A stretch of 63,216 bases of DNA from Bacteroidota bacterium (GTDB lineage: Bacteria > Bacteroidota > Ignavibacteria > SZUA-365), in contig JAMIQH010000153.1 of assembly GCA_035914695.1 (NCBI GenBank), forward strand, positions 1 through 63,216, in the 5' to 3' direction. The notes beneath the pieces were generated by a model. It was not told where the DNA came from and ran no database searches. It worked only from the letters and a program-made list of their open reading frames with translations. The position numbers were made by a program, and so were the translations under genes. Shown in pieces: positions 17,612-27,561 of this stretch (its first letter is position 1; every line of letters begins with the position of its first letter).

Positions 17612-19875
17612 TGGCGTTGACGCTCTCTCCCGTGGCGCTGCGTTCGGGGTTGGTGGCGCTGCTGGCTGTGCTGGGGCTCGGACTGCTGCTGTTGCTCCGG
17701 CCGGGTACCTCCGCCGAGGCCGACACCCCGCGCGAGGTCGCTGTGGTGTACGATTCATCCGAAACGGATTGGAACGATTACATGTGGCCCACGGACGCGG
17801 GCAGCATTCGCACGTCGGATTTCGCCGAATTCCGCAAAACGCATTTTCACGCCGGACTCGATGTGAGCACGGGTGGGAGAATCGGCTTCAAGGTATTCGC
17901 CATGCGCGACGGCTGGGTGCACAGCATGTACTTCGAGCCCGGCGGCTACGGCTGGTTTCTGGCGTTGCGGCATCGCGACGGCTATTACACCACCTACGCG
18001 CATCTCGATCGTCCGAACGACAGCATTCTCCTCGCCTGGCAGCAGGCATTGGTGGCGCGCGGCGCTTCCTTCGGCAATGTGGAGTGGAAGGAAGGCGAAC
18101 TGCCGGTGAAAAAAGGCGACATTATCGCTTATACCGGAGATACTGGAGCGGGACCGGCGCATCTGCATTTCGAAATCCGCGACCGCAACTTCAATCCGGT
18201 GAATCCCGGTCTCGCACGCGCGCTGCGTCCGGTGGACTCGCTCGCGCCGGAACTGCGCGGCATACTGCTGCAGCCGCTCGACGCCGCCAGCAGCATCGAC
18301 GGCGCATTGGCCGCCAAGCCGTTGACGCCCGTGGGCGCGCCCGGCGGCATGATGAGCGTCAAGGCCGTTCCGCGCTTGCGCGGACGCATCGGGCTGCTGC
18401 TGCGCGCGCATGATCGCGCGAACGGCGCCACCGACTATCCCACGCCGTACCGGCTGCGCATGCAGGTGGACGGCAAGGACGTGTTCGAATCCACCGCCAT
18501 GCGCTTCGCCGACACGCTCGGTTTTCACATCCGCATCGACCGGGACCATGCGCTGATGCAGGCCATGAAAGGGGAGTTTCGCAAGCTGTACCGCGACGAA
18601 GGCAATCTCCTGGAATTCTACCTGCCGCAATCGCGCGATGCCGGCGTGCTCTCGGCCGAGCGGCTCGGCGTGGGACTCAAGACCGTCACTGTCATTGCGG
18701 AAGATCTCGCCGGCAACCGCAGCAGCGCGCGCATGGTGGTGGAGTTGGCGCGTGATCTTCGTGTACGGCAGACCATGCGCGACGGTGTGTTGGAAGCGCA
18801 ACTGCTCACGGCCGAGGGCTGCGAAGCATTGCGCCTCGAAGTTGCGGATGATGCGCGTGCGGCCGCTGTCGGCAGCTGGACCGCCGCCGAAGCGCGCGCC
18901 GGCGTCAGTGTGGATATCAAACGGTACCGCGACAAACAACTGCGTCTCGTCACCGTGGACGATGCGGGGTATGAGCAGCAGCACGCGCTGTTCGTGCCGG
19001 GTGGCGCTTCGCGCGCAACGGGACGTCTGTACGCCCATCGCGAGATTCATTTCGATGAAATCGTGTACGATTTGCGTCTGGCCACGACCTTCGCCTCCGC
19101 GCCCGAGGTGCGCATCACGCAGGGCGCGCGCAGCGAAGCGGGACGCGTGCATGCCATCGACGCGTCGCGCTACCGCGCCGTGCTGCCCACCTGGGAGGGA
19201 CTCTCGGGTATGGCCACGGTGGAGGTGCGCTACACCGTGGGTGCGAAGGAGATTCTTTGGACCGACAGTGTGCGCGGTACGCATATCAGCGCGTCCGCTG
19301 GCGGTCAGTTGCGATCGGAAGACGGGCGCTTCGTGCTGAGTTTTGCGCCCGGTGATGTGTATCGCTCGCTGTTCTGCACGCTGGAAAATATTGGCGGCGA
19401 TTCCTTGCTCGCCTGGCGTGTCGGTCCCGCCGATGTGCCGCTCGCGGGGCGTCCCGTGTTGAGCATACTCGCGAAAGACGTGGGCGAAGGGGCCTATCTG
19501 TCGATGGACGCGGGCATGCGCAAATACGGCGAAGCGCGGCAACCCCTAACCGGCGTACTCACGGCGCGTGTCGCGCGTTTTCTCGGAGCGTACGCAGTGC
19601 GCCGCGACCAGGCGGGTCCGGTCATTGCCGTGGACATCGCTCCCCGCAGCAGCGAGGCGCTGCGCATCACGGTGCGGGATTCGCTGTCGGGTGTGGACAT
19701 GCGATCAGTGGTGGCCCGCATCGACGACACGGTTGTGCCGCTGTTGTATCACGAGGGCCGCGGCCAGTTGTATGTGCCGCACGCGGTGTACAAGGCCGCG
19801 AACGGCAAGGAAGTGGTGGTCAGCGCCCGCGATTTCGCGGGGAATACGTCGGTGGTGAAAAAAGCGCTGCGGTGA
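17608..19875 (+). CDS. M23-family metallopeptidase domain protein
   Basis: ORF 755 aa. HFHAGLDVS (HxxxD) and GAGPAHLHFEIR (HxH) are the M23 motifs. There is an N-terminal TM/signal segment. The start overlaps the FAH stop. Confidence 0.8.
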   Translation: MMALTLSPVALRSGLVALLAVLGLGLLLLLRPGTSAEADTPREVAVVYDSSETDWNDYMWPTDAGSIRTSDFAEFRKTHFHAGLDVSTGGRIGFKVFAMRDGWVHSMYFEPGGYGWFLALRHRDGYYTTYAHLDRPNDSILLAWQQALVARGASFGNVEWKEGELPVKKGDIIAYTGDTGAGPAHLHFEIRDRNFNPVNPGLARALRPVDSLAPELRGILLQPLDAASSIDGALAAKPLTPVGAPGGMMSVKAVPRLRGRIGLLLRAHDRANGATDYPTPYRLRMQVDGKDVFESTAMRFADTLGFHIRIDRDHALMQAMKGEFRKLYRDEGNLLEFYLPQSRDAGVLSAERLGVGLKTVTVIAEDLAGNRSSARMVVELARDLRVRQTMRDGVLEAQLLTAEGCEALRLEVADDARAAAVGSWTAAEARAGVSVDIKRYRDKQLRLVTVDDAGYEQQHALFVPGGASRATGRLYAHREIHFDEIVYDLRLATTFASAPEVRITQGARSEAGRVHAIDASRYRAVLPTWEGLSGMATVEVRYTVGAKEILWTDSVRGTHISASAGGQLRSEDGRFVLSFAPGDVYRSLFCTLENIGGDSLLAWRVGPADVPLAGRPVLSILAKDVGEGAYLSMDAGMRKYGEARQPLTGVLTARVARFLGAYAVRRDQAGPVIAVDIAPRSSEALRITVRDSLSGVDMRSVVARIDDTVVPLLYHEGRGQLYVPHAVYKAANGKEVVVSARDFAGNTSVVKKALR

Positions 19876-19886
19876 TCGGGGCGAGT

Positions 19887-20137
19887 TGGCTGAGTACGTG
19901 ATACATTTGAAGAGATGAAAGAGAGCGGAGAGAGCGGGGAGGAAGTGTTGAGGTTGCTTCCCGCTCGAATCCTGCTAGCTGGCCGAGTACGTGATACATT
20001 TGAAGAGATGAAAGAGAGCGGAGAGAGCGGAGAGGAAGTGTTGAGGTTGCTTCCCGCTCGAATCCTGCTGGCCTGCTGAGTGCGTGATACATTCGAAGAG
20101 CGCGGAGGATGGGTTGAGGGTGCCTTCCGCTCGAATC
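19887..20137. repeat. tandem 93-bp repeat, two near-identical copies plus one degenerate copy
   Basis: Copies at 19887-19979 and 19980-20072 differ at only a few positions (tgg[ct]cgagtacgtgatacatttgaagagatgaaagagagcggagagagcgg.gaggaagtgttgaggttgcttcccgctcgaatcctgct). The third copy, 20074-20137, has an internal deletion. Confidence 0.9.
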
Positions 20138-20339
20138 GTGCGCGCCGCCGCAATCGAGTCAACGCAAGGGCGCAGAGACGCAAAGCCGCGATAGCTCCGG
20201 GCCCTCTGTGTTCCCCAATCCCTCCTTACCCTTTCTTCACTGTATTACACGAATCATCTCCACGAATATTATCCGGATGATATTGCTTTTTGAATATTAT
20301 CCGGGTATATTTGGACATCATTCACAAGGAGCATGGCTC

Positions 20340-20960
20340 ATGTATACACAGATTGCTGAACGTTGTATTGCCTTCGATGGGATGCGTTGCATTGCCGAAG
20401 GCGATCTGTTGTCCGTTGCGCGCAAGGTCAAGGAATGGGTGGACGCGCATGACGAGGCCTCGGTGCTGGTGTTCGACGCGGAGTCGTCGTATATCGTGGA
20501 ACTGGATTTGCGGGGCTCGATGCGCGAGGTGCTGCATGTGGTGGAGAAGCGCATGCGCGAGGGCGATATGCCTCTGCCGGTGGAGCGCGGGGTGCGCAAA
20601 GGTCCCGGTCGTCCGAAAATGGGTGTGGTGCCGCGCGAGGTGACGCTGCTTCCCCGTCACTGGGAGTGGCTGGAACGGCAGCCGGGCGGGGCCTCGGTGA
20701 CGCTGCGCAAATTGGTGGAAGAAGCCCGCAAGGATGTGCACGGTACGGAACGTCGGCGCGCGGCGCAGGAGGCATGCTACCGCTTCATGAATGCGGTGGC
20801 GGGCGATCTGCCGGGATTTCAGGAGGCCTTGCGCGCACTGTACGCCAACGACCGCGCGCGCTTCGAGCAGTTCACCGAGTCCTGGCCCGCGGATGTGCGG
20901 CGGCATGTGCACGGCTACGCCGAGCGCAGTTGGAGCGAGGCCGCTGTAGCGAGGAAATAA
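20340..20960 (+). CDS. conserved hypothetical protein (resembles DUF2239 family from memory)
   Basis: ORF 20208..20960. Start taken at MYTQIAERC (ATG 20340, AAGGAG 9 nt upstream). The GRPKMGVVPREVTLLPRHWEWLERQPGGASVTLRKLVEEAR motif is what I recall for DUF2239. Confidence 0.55.
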   Translation: MYTQIAERCIAFDGMRCIAEGDLLSVARKVKEWVDAHDEASVLVFDAESSYIVELDLRGSMREVLHVVEKRMREGDMPLPVERGVRKGPGRPKMGVVPREVTLLPRHWEWLERQPGGASVTLRKLVEEARKDVHGTERRRAAQEACYRFMNAVAGDLPGFQEALRALYANDRARFEQFTESWPADVRRHVHGYAERSWSEAAVARK

Positions 20961-21059
20961 CACGCATGCCTTCGCGCCCGTCCTCGGATGGGCGCGACGG
21001 CATTGACGGAGGGCGTGGAGGGGCTGTATATTGCGCGGCACCATCAATCGAGGAGAACT

Positions 21060-21395
21060 ATGCGATTCCCCATATATTCCGCGCGACAGCGCGCCTTCCT
21101 GCTCGCATTGGCCGTGTTCGGTGCGGTCGTGCCCAATGGACTGTTTCTCTACTACGCCGCGCTGCATCGGCAACTGCTGTTCGATGCCCTGAGCAATCCC
21201 GTGGCGCTGGTCTTCATTTGCGAAGCCTTCGCGCTGATGCTGCTTTTCGCCTGGCTGCTGCACCGATCAGGCGCGCGCAATCCCTCGTCGTGGCGCTTCA
21301 TTCTGTTCTCCCTGCTGGGCAGCATGCTCTTCTCCGTACCCTATGCTCTGTACCGCCTCGGCGGCGAGGAGCAGGCGGAGCCAGGGCATGAGTGA
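21060..21395 (+). CDS. small integral membrane protein (DUF2834-like, tentative)
   Basis: ORF 20988..21395. Start taken at MRFPIYSARQRAFLLALAVFGAVVPNG (ATG 21060, AGGAGA upstream). Three hydrophobic segments. Confidence 0.45.
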   Translation: MRFPIYSARQRAFLLALAVFGAVVPNGLFLYYAALHRQLLFDALSNPVALVFICEAFALMLLFAWLLHRSGARNPSSWRFILFSLLGSMLFSVPYALYRLGGEEQAEPGHE

Positions 21396-21597
21396 TCCAC
21401 GATGGCGCCTTCGGGTATCGTCAGGCTGAGCGCAGCGCCGAGCAGGTATGTTCGGAATGGTACAATAATAATACGGCGCGGAGTGGAAGGGTCGCGCACG
21501 TTTCCGATCCCATCGACACAGATCGTACAATGAGGTTTCGACTCCGCACCGACCTGAGATCGCGTCTTACCTAACCATCATCTCGCGGTGCGTCGCT

Positions 21598-21696
21598 CAA
21601 CTCGAAGACCCGCCGCGGCGGGGTGACGAAAGCTGGGCATTGTGCAGGAAACCATGTCATGTGCAACTCGGAGACCCGCCGCGGCGGAGTGACGAA
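21598..21696. repeat. two 33-bp direct repeats with a palindromic GC core, spaced 66 bp
   Basis: caactcgaagacccgccgcggcggggtgacgaa at 21598-21630 and caactcggagacccgccgcggcggagtgacgaa at 21664-21696. The core cccgccgcggcggg is self-complementary. Confidence 0.85.
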
Positions 21697-21759
21697 TGTA
21701 CGGAGGCCGTCCGGCGGCAGGTTTCGATTTCAGCGAAAATTTCCTTTTTTTACCATGCT

Positions 21760-23112
21760 ATGAAACGCGTCGCTTTCCATACCCTGGGCTGCAAGCTCAA
21801 TTTTGCCGAGACCGCCACCTTTCAGCGACAGTTCGCCGAGCGGGGCTTCGCCACGGTGGATTTCACCGAACACGCCGACGTGGTGCTGATCAACACCTGT
21901 TCGGTGACGGAGAATGCCGACCGCGACGCGCGCAAGGCCGTGCGGCAGGCCCTGCGCCGCTCGCCCGACGCCTACGTGATCGTGTTGGGCTGCTACGCGC
22001 AGTTGCGTCCCGACGAACTCGCGGCCATCGACGGCGTGGATCTGGTGCTGGGCGCGGAAGAGAAATTCCACATCATGGAACATGCCGATCCCGCCTGGCG
22101 CAAGGATCAGGTGCGCGTGGTGGTGGGCGACGTGCACGATGCGGCGAGCTTCGGCGTGGCGTATTCGGCCGAAGGCGCGGCGCGGACACGCGCCTTTCTC
22201 AAAGTGCAGGACGGCTGCGACTACAACTGCTCGTATTGCACCATTCCCATGGCGCGCGGCGCCAGCCGCAGCGAGAGCATGGAGCGCTCGGTGCGACACG
22301 CGCGGGATATTCTCGCCGCGGGTTTTCGAGAGATTGTGCTCAGCGGCGTGAACGTGGGGGATTACGGTGCCGGGGGCGAGGTCGGCCTGTACGATTTGCT
22401 GCGCGCGCTGCTCGCCATTGACGGGGATTTCCGCCTGCGCATCAGCTCCATCGAACCGAATTTGCTGAACGACGACATTATCGCGCTGGCGGCGGCGGAG
22501 CCGCGTCTCGTGCCGCATTTTCACATTCCCCTGCAGAGCGGCAGCGATGCGGTGCTGCGCCTGATGCGACGGCGGTACAACACGCGCATGTTCCGCGATC
22601 GCGTGCAGGCCGTACTTGCGGCGTTGCCCGAGGCCGGTATCGGTGTGGATGTGATTGTGGGCATGCCCGGCGAAACCGAGGAACTGTTTCGCGAGGCGTA
22701 TGAGTTTCTCGTCGACCTGCCTTTTACCTACCTGCATGTGTTCAACTACAGCGAACGTCCCGGCACCGAAGCGGTGGGCTTCGCTGGCAAGGTGCCGCCG
22801 GCGGAACGCGCGCGCCGCAGTTCCATGCTGCGCACGTTGAGCATGCGCAAGCGCCGCCTGCATCAGGAGCGGCAAATCGGACGCACGCTTTCGGTATTGT
22901 TCGAGCACGGCGACGGCAGTCACGCCGAGGGATATGCGGAGAATTACGTCCGCGTCCAGGTGCCCTGGCAGCCGGGTCTCGAACACCGCATCGCCAATGT
23001 GCGCATCGACGCCATCGAGGGAGAGCTGGTGACGGGCACGGTGCTGGATGCCGCTGCGCAGAACCGCTGGATTCCCTTGCCCGTGCTGGCGGACGGCGCA
23101 ACACGGATCTGA
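21760..23112 (+). CDS. mtaB: tRNA (t6A37) methylthiotransferase MtaB
   Basis: ORF 21640..23112. Start taken at MKRVAFHTLGCKLNFAETATF (ATG 21760). Radical SAM cluster CDYNCSYCTIP. MTTase N-domain plus a TRAM-like C-terminus. Confidence 0.85.
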   Translation: MKRVAFHTLGCKLNFAETATFQRQFAERGFATVDFTEHADVVLINTCSVTENADRDARKAVRQALRRSPDAYVIVLGCYAQLRPDELAAIDGVDLVLGAEEKFHIMEHADPAWRKDQVRVVVGDVHDAASFGVAYSAEGAARTRAFLKVQDGCDYNCSYCTIPMARGASRSESMERSVRHARDILAAGFREIVLSGVNVGDYGAGGEVGLYDLLRALLAIDGDFRLRISSIEPNLLNDDIIALAAAEPRLVPHFHIPLQSGSDAVLRLMRRRYNTRMFRDRVQAVLAALPEAGIGVDVIVGMPGETEELFREAYEFLVDLPFTYLHVFNYSERPGTEAVGFAGKVPPAERARRSSMLRTLSMRKRRLHQERQIGRTLSVLFEHGDGSHAEGYAENYVRVQVPWQPGLEHRIANVRIDAIEGELVTGTVLDAAAQNRWIPLPVLADGATRI

Positions 23113-23296
23113 TCATCCTTTTTACCACACGTTCCCCGCTCTTCTCCTTCGCGCGGCATCGCGCATTCCCAACCCCTTCCTTTCCTTGCGAGACGCGCCT
23201 GCGTTCGGAACTTCGCTTCCCGCCTTGCGTGTTGCACAGCAACATGGCGCGCGCCAGACAGTGGCGCCAACGACCAGGCACAGCACATGAAGCACA

Positions 23297-24226
23297 ATGG
23301 AGGATACGATGAAGGAAGCAGGGAAGTGGACGACACAGGACATCCCCGATCAACAGGGTAAGATCATCATGGTTACCGGAGCGAGTTCGGGCATCGGCTT
23401 TGTGGCGGCGCGCGAACTCGCGGGGCGCGGGGCCCACGTCATACTCGCTGTGCGCGACGAGCGCAAGGGGGAAGCGGCCATGCGGCGCATTCGCGAAGCG
23501 CATGCGGACGCCTCGCTGGAATTGCAACTTCTGGATCTGGCCGACCTGCGCTCGGTGCGCGATGCGGCAGCGAATGTGCGCGCGCGGCATCCGCGTCTGG
23601 ACGTGCTGCTGAACAATGCCGGTGTGATGATCCCGCCGCTGACGCGCACCGCGCAGGGCTTTGAATTGCAGATGGGCGTGAATCACTTCGGACATTTCGC
23701 CTTGACACAGGCATTGCTCGATACGCTTGAAGCGGCGCACGCTGCGCGCGTGGTGACGGTGAGCAGCGGCATGCATAAAATGGGCCGCGTCAATCTCGAG
23801 GACATCCACTGGACGCGCCGCCGCTACAGTCCCTGGCGGGCCTACGGCGACAGCAAGCAGGCGAATCTTCTGTTCACGCTGGAACTGCAACGCCGCCTCG
23901 CCGCGAGCGCCTCGCGCTGCATCGCCGTGGCGGCGCATCCGGGGGTGAGCATGACCGAGCTGCAGCGGCATTCCTCCACGCTCGTGTGGATGAGCAAACT
24001 CATCGCGCACGATGTGGAAATCGCCGCGCTGCCCTCGTTGCGCGCGGCCACCGATCCCGGCGTACGCGGCGGTGATTATTATGGTCCGGGTAAAATGTTC
24101 GAGTTGCGGGGCACACCGGAGCGTGTGCGTCCCATGGCGCATGCGCGCGACGAGGCGCTAGCCGCGCGTCTTTGGCAGTTGTCGGAAGAGGCCACGGAGC
24201 GTATGGAAGCGCTGGCCGCGCACTGA
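23297..24226 (+). CDS. short-chain dehydrogenase/reductase (SDR) family oxidoreductase
   Basis: ORF 309 aa. VTGASSGIG nucleotide-binding motif and YGDSK (YxxxK) catalytic motif. Confidence 0.85.
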   Translation: MEDTMKEAGKWTTQDIPDQQGKIIMVTGASSGIGFVAARELAGRGAHVILAVRDERKGEAAMRRIREAHADASLELQLLDLADLRSVRDAAANVRARHPRLDVLLNNAGVMIPPLTRTAQGFELQMGVNHFGHFALTQALLDTLEAAHAARVVTVSSGMHKMGRVNLEDIHWTRRRYSPWRAYGDSKQANLLFTLELQRRLAASASRCIAVAAHPGVSMTELQRHSSTLVWMSKLIAHDVEIAALPSLRAATDPGVRGGDYYGPGKMFELRGTPERVRPMAHARDEALAARLWQLSEEATERMEALAAH

Positions 24227-24339
24227 TATCGGATACGGCGGTTGGCAATCTCGCCGCCCCGTTGTACCTTACCCTGATGAACACCGGGAGAGTAAATTCC
24301 CCGCGGTATACAGGGTTGTACAGTGGAGCATCAGGCTGC

Positions 24340-25653
24340 ATGTTGCATTGCATCGGAATTCGCAAAGAAACCAAAGACCACACCGAACGCCGCGTCCCGC
24401 TCGTGCCCGAGCAGGTGGCGCGCCTGCATCGGGATCACGGATTGCGCATACTCGTCGAGCCGATGGCGCATCGCATTTTCAGCGACGAGGAATTTCGCGC
24501 GGCGGGAGCCGAATTGACGGAGGATCTCTCCGACGCCAACATCATTATCGGCGTCAAGGAGATTCATCCCCGTTACATGCTGGACGACAAGGCCTATCTG
24601 TTTTTTTCCCACACCATCAAAGCGCAGCCCTACAACATGGGCATGTTGCGCTCCATGCTTGAGCACCGGCAGACACTGCTCGATTACGAACTCATCCGCG
24701 ACGAACGGAATCGCCGTCTGGTCTTTTTCGGCAACTTCGCCGGTCTGGCCGGCATGATCGACACGCTGTGGGCCCTGGGCAAGCGTCTCGACGCGCAGGG
24801 CATCGCTTCGCCGTTCTCGCGCATTCGCTACGCATCGGAGTATGGTTTGCTGGAGCACGCGGAGCAGGGTATACGCGAGGTGGGCGAAGTGATACGCCGC
24901 GATGGACTGCCTTCCGCGCTGGTGCCTTTCGTCACCGGCTTCACCGGCTATGGCAATGTGTCGAAAGGCGCGCAGTCGCTGTACGAGTTGCTGCCCGTCG
25001 AGCATATCGCCGCCGGCGATCTCGAGGCGTTCATGCGGGGCGGACGTTTTTCCGATCGCGTGGTGTACAGTGTGGAGTTCCGCGAGGAGGATTTGGTCGC
25101 ACGCATCGACGACTCAGCCGCGTTCGATCTGCAGGAGTACTACACGCATCCCGAGCGCTATCGCGGGGTGTTCGACGCCTATCTTCCGCATCTCAGCGTA
25201 CTCATCAACGGCATTTACTGGGACGAGCACTTTCCGCGCTTGCTTTCGCTGGACACGGCGCGCGCGCTGTGGGCGCAGGGCACGCCGCGGCTGCGCGCCA
25301 TCGGCGACATCAGTTGCGATATCGACGGCTCGGTGCAGCTCACCGTGAAGGGCACCACCTCCGACAATCCGGTGTACGTGCACGATCCGCTGACGGGCGT
25401 GGTGACGGACGGTTGGGAAGGGGAGCGTGGTCCGGTGATACTCGCCGTGGACAAATTGCCCACCGAACTGCCGCGCGAGGCGTCCATCGCCTTTGGCATG
25501 TCGCTCGAGCCCTTCATCCCCGCCCTTGCGCGCGCGGACTTCAGCCACACACTTGACGATATCGTATTGCCACCCGAGCTGCGCCGCGCATTGATCGCGC
25601 ACAGGGGAGTACTGACGCCGGATCATGCGCATTTGCAGGGGCATTTGCCTTGA
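24340..25653 (+). CDS. lysine-ketoglutarate reductase / saccharopine dehydrogenase-like (alanine dehydrogenase/PNT-fold) protein
   Basis: ORF 24172..25653. Start taken at MLHCIGIRKETKDHTERRVPLVPEQV (ATG 24340). The N-terminal pattern is typical of LKR/SDH-like enzymes. Confidence 0.65.
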   Translation: MLHCIGIRKETKDHTERRVPLVPEQVARLHRDHGLRILVEPMAHRIFSDEEFRAAGAELTEDLSDANIIIGVKEIHPRYMLDDKAYLFFSHTIKAQPYNMGMLRSMLEHRQTLLDYELIRDERNRRLVFFGNFAGLAGMIDTLWALGKRLDAQGIASPFSRIRYASEYGLLEHAEQGIREVGEVIRRDGLPSALVPFVTGFTGYGNVSKGAQSLYELLPVEHIAAGDLEAFMRGGRFSDRVVYSVEFREEDLVARIDDSAAFDLQEYYTHPERYRGVFDAYLPHLSVLINGIYWDEHFPRLLSLDTARALWAQGTPRLRAIGDISCDIDGSVQLTVKGTTSDNPVYVHDPLTGVVTDGWEGERGPVILAVDKLPTELPREASIAFGMSLEPFIPALARADFSHTLDDIVLPPELRRALIAHRGVLTPDHAHLQGHLP

Positions 25654-25680
25654 TCACTGTGTGAGTCCATCCGTGTGAAT

Positions 25681-25855
25681 ATCACAGTGCGAACGGCAGG
25701 GTTTTAAAACCACAGATTGCACAGATTTCACACAGATTAGCACGGATGGATCGTGGAAGGCTGCGGGGATCGGAGCGATACATAACAGCCGGGGAGAAAT
25801 CGCACGCTCGTTGTCGACAATCCAGCGTCTTATGCACCCTTGCGTCTTCGCGTTG
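25681..25855. repeat. dispersed intergenic repeat, family CACAGAT (copy R1)
   Basis: gttttaaaaccacagattgcacagatttcacacagattagcacggatggatcgtggaagg...gcgtcttatgcacccttgcgtc. Colinear with copies at 27385-27530 and 36205-36403. Confidence 0.85.
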
Positions 25856-25866
25856 TTCCCGCGCGA

Positions 25867-26568
25867 TCAACCGCGCAACACTTTCTTGTATTTCAGGAAA
25901 TAGCGCTTGAGGATATTCACAAGCGGCCGGGCCAGGCCAAGGGGTTGCAACACCACCATGCTCGCATGAAAGATGATGCCTGAGAGTGTTCTCAGCGTGG
26001 ACTCCGCGGGTTTGGGTGCGGTATCAATGTGCACATACATAATGGTCCAGTAGCTACCCTTTATGATGTGTTTCTCGCCCCAGTTGTATCGATCGAAAAA
26101 GTTGCTCGTGATATAGGTTTGATGAATTTCCAGCGGATTGCCGTAGGTTTCCTCCTGGAAAATATCATGAAGTGGACAAATGATAATGATGTGTTTGAAG
26201 GTGCGATGACACTGCTGTATTACCGCGTGGATATCGGAGGGCTTCAAATGTTCCAGAACGTCGCCGAAGATTGCCACATCATACATCTGCGCGTTCTTGC
26301 GCACCCAGTCCTGAAGCAGCGCATGGTGCACTTCATCATACGGGCCTTCATTGCGGAGCATGTTGGCTGTGTTTTCCGAGCCCTCCACGGCCACGAGACG
26401 GACGTCGCTTTGAAGCAGCTCCCGTGCTATTCTCCCGTTTTTCCCGCCTCCGGCGCCAAAATCGACGATGCGAGCAGGCCGCAATGCCTCAAGTTGCTGA
26501 GCGAGAATGTAGTCGCAATACGACACACTGCTTCCGAATTGCTGTTCCACGGTATCCTGGTCTGACAT
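25867..26568 (-). CDS. class I SAM-dependent methyltransferase
   Basis: ORF 233 aa. IVDFGAGGGKNG (motif I) and VAIFGDVLEHLKP. Visibly lower GC than the surrounding core genes. Confidence 0.75.
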   Translation of the reverse strand: MSDQDTVEQQFGSSVSYCDYILAQQLEALRPARIVDFGAGGGKNGRIARELLQSDVRLVAVEGSENTANMLRNEGPYDEVHHALLQDWVRKNAQMYDVAIFGDVLEHLKPSDIHAVIQQCHRTFKHIIIICPLHDIFQEETYGNPLEIHQTYITSNFFDRYNWGEKHIIKGSYWTIMYVHIDTAPKPAESTLRTLSGIIFHASMVVLQPLGLARPLVNILKRYFLKYKKVLRG

Positions 26569-26704
26569 CGGCTGCTTTCTCCATGATGGGGGGACGTTTG
26601 AACCTGGCGGTCCCGATCGCCTTGGGCGGCTGTTGGATGGCGTGTTGCTTTCCCGCTGTCATCACCCTGGCCCGATTGCGATGCGGTGCATTGGTCCACG
26701 GGTA

Positions 26705-26847
26705 CTTGTCCGCATACTATTGGCGAATCGGGTAATATTGTGCGCAATATATCGCTTCCTTTGCAGGGGAGCAAACAGAGCATCAAGACATAGTTTCAAA
26801 ACCACAGATAGCACAGATATCACACAGATTAGCACAGATGGATCGTG
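26705..26847. repeat. 143-bp direct repeat, left copy (contains a CACAGAT module; copy R2)
   Basis: cttgtccgcatactattggcgaatcgggtaatattgtgcgcaatatatcgcttc...gtttcaaaaccacagatagcacagatatcacacagattagcacagatggatcgtg. Near-identical to 36120-36262. Confidence 0.9.
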
Positions 26848-26892
26848 GAAATCCACGATGATCCGATGAAGAAGCCACGAAGTGTCCTTGTG

Positions 26893-27324
26893 TTACGCCA
26901 CCGAGGTCGAGCCATAGCGCCGCAGCGCCTCTGTGGCCGCCAGAGAGATGAGCGCTTCGAGGACATGGACGTCGATGTCTGCGAGGCGCTTGAAGTAGAG
27001 GCAGGACTTGCTCATCTTGTGCTTTCCGAGCGTGGACAGGAGTTCCGCTTGTCCGGGATCGTCCACGCCGAGGTAGACCACGAGTTCCCTGCCGCGGATG
27101 GCGAAAGCCGCGAGTGGCGCCTCGCCCGAGTGTCCGCTCGCATATCTGTAGGTGTAGGAGCCGAAGCCCACGATGCTCGGTCCCCACATGTGCGGCTGTT
27201 GTCCCGTCACACGCTCGCATATCGTCATGATGGTTCTGCAATCCTCGATTTGCCCGGCGGTGCCTCTTGCCGCGAGGTACTCCTCGACACTCGCGCCGGT
27301 GGGTTGGGTTTTTGGAGTTGGCAT
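26893..27324 (-). CDS. DUF1801 (YdhG-like) domain protein
   Basis: ORF 143 aa. GASVEEYLAA...MWGPSIVGFGSYTYRYASGHSGEAPLAAFAIRGRELVVYL is the typical DUF1801 pattern. Confidence 0.75.
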   Translation of the reverse strand: MPTPKTQPTGASVEEYLAARGTAGQIEDCRTIMTICERVTGQQPHMWGPSIVGFGSYTYRYASGHSGEAPLAAFAIRGRELVVYLGVDDPGQAELLSTLGKHKMSKSCLYFKRLADIDVHVLEALISLAATEALRRYGSTSVA

Positions 27325-27384
27325 GGGGGCCTCTCTGAATTGGAATGCTGTGCTACAGAGCGCAGTATGCGTGTGAACGACAAC

Positions 27385-27530
27385 GTTTCAAAACCAGGGT
27401 GCGAACAATGTAGTTTCAAAACCACAGTGCGAACAATGTAGTTTCAAAACCACAGATAGCACAGATATCACACAGATTAGCACAGATGGATCGTGGAAGG
27501 GTGCGGGGAGCGGAGCGAATACCTGTCTCT
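27385..27530. repeat. dispersed intergenic repeat, family CACAGAT (copy R3), with internal 28-bp duplication
   Basis: gtttcaaaacc starts at 27385, 27413 and 27441. The last is followed by cacagatagcacagatatcacacagattagcacagatggatcgtggaagggtgcgggg, as in R1. Confidence 0.85.
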
Positions 27531-27561
27531 CTGTTGGGTTCGTTTTTGGGCGAATGATGCT

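Noticed and set aside
19949-19978. tRNA-like T-arm sequence (gcttcccgctcgaatcctgc) inside the 93-bp repeat
   Set aside because: It resembles GGTTCGAATCC only superficially. No acceptor, D or anticodon arms can be drawn around it, and it recurs in every repeat unit.
19887-20137. Possible CRISPR array, because of the regularly spaced repeats
   Set aside because: The units are about 93 bp and directly abut each other with no unique spacers. The repeat length is far outside the CRISPR range, and no cas genes are present in the window.
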